Source of the DNA: Hemiscyllium ocellatum
Taxonomy: Eukaryota
Direction: 5' to 3'
Assembly: GCF_020745735.1 (NCBI RefSeq)
Contig: NC_083409.1
Location: 18,124,341 to 18,188,340, forward strand
DNA length: 64,000 nt
Positions within the stretch are counted from its first letter, which is position 1; each line of letters starts with the position of its first letter. Of the stretch, positions 63,183-64,000 are shown in pieces. The position numbers and the translations under genes were made by a program. The notes under the pieces are model-generated. The model was given only the letters and a program-made list of their open reading frames with translations. It had not been told where the DNA came from and did not search any database.

Positions 63183-64000
63183 TTATGTCTGTATAACTTA
63201 AAAGCCTGTTTCTAACAATACATTTTGGAATCTTGATTGTCATAATCTGAAAGTTAGTTTTAGGATTTGAATTTTCAGCTAATCAAAAATTGCAAGAGGA
63301 GAATAATTAAATAGGTGATTTGTCTCATTCACTTGTCCTGGTCACTGTATCATATGGCTGTGAATTGTGGAGCCCGCGAACACCATGGCAATGGGGCAGT
63401 GATGCTACAAAAGAAACAGTGATTGATTTACCACCCTGTTCCTCGATATGTTTGGCTATCCCTATTGTCCAAAGGGTGCAATGCTGGGTGTCAGCAGTGC
63501 CTGCTTAAGTCAGCAGGCCTCCTTTTTCATTTGTTAGGGACAACTAATGATATGGATAGAATTCAGTTTGGATTTTGTTTTTGGTGAGAGCACTGAGTGA
63601 AGTGGTACCAAGCATACTTTACGCATTACTGAGTGGGGATCCAGCTGAAGAAGAGTCCAGAAAAGAAGCTTTCATTTATTTTGTGGGCATTGGAGGATCA
63701 ACAGAGCTTAGTTCTCTTTGTCTTTTTTTGAGAGCAGATCTCCTCTGTGGTGATGGTCATTAGTTTTACAATATATATCTGAATAACATGCAACATTTTA
63801 TTTTGGAAATTCATTTATTCAGTATTTAATATTGAAAATGCAAAATGTATACGGTTCCCAACTTTGAAATCCACTATAATTATCTGGTTTTAGTCCCTTA
63901 ATCTAAATCCAAAATGAGGATTCTTAAGTGGTCATTGCCCATTTACAATGCAAAGGTCATGAAATAAATGGAGCACCCTTAATAGGTCTAGTATATTCAA

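Noticed and set aside
63200-64000. Further retroviral coding sequence or 5' LTR
   Set aside because: No recognisable motif in the frames I read and no match to the 3' LTR; left unassigned.

Overview
Repeat-dense vertebrate DNA from a cartilaginous fish (HE1-type SINEs, CR1, L2, Tx1 and Penelope elements; probably an orectolobiform shark, which is an inference). The only intact-looking gene is a germline, unjoined immunoglobulin light-chain cluster of kappa (nurse shark NS4-like) type: leader 9221-9269, V 9456-9754 with a perfect 12-RSS, J 10230-10264 with a perfect 23-RSS, and C 20178-20506. A second, orphan C exon (42651-42978) is a frameshifted and nonsense pseudogene inside a duplicated block. 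The interval ~29-56.6 kb is a mosaic of inverted and direct paralogous segments carrying filled versus empty transposon sites. The right end (56614 to at least 63.2 kb, minus strand) is a decayed endogenous retrovirus: 3' LTR, PPT, env, and a gag remnant fused to RNase H between two ~415-bp direct repeats. Its Env transmembrane subunit aligns without gaps to filovirus GP2 as I recall that sequence, including a Cys-bounded internal fusion loop; this is the most striking observation. Several Penelope-derived minimal hammerhead ribozyme motifs are also present. All alignments were done by eye, and repeat boundaries are approximate (tens of bp).
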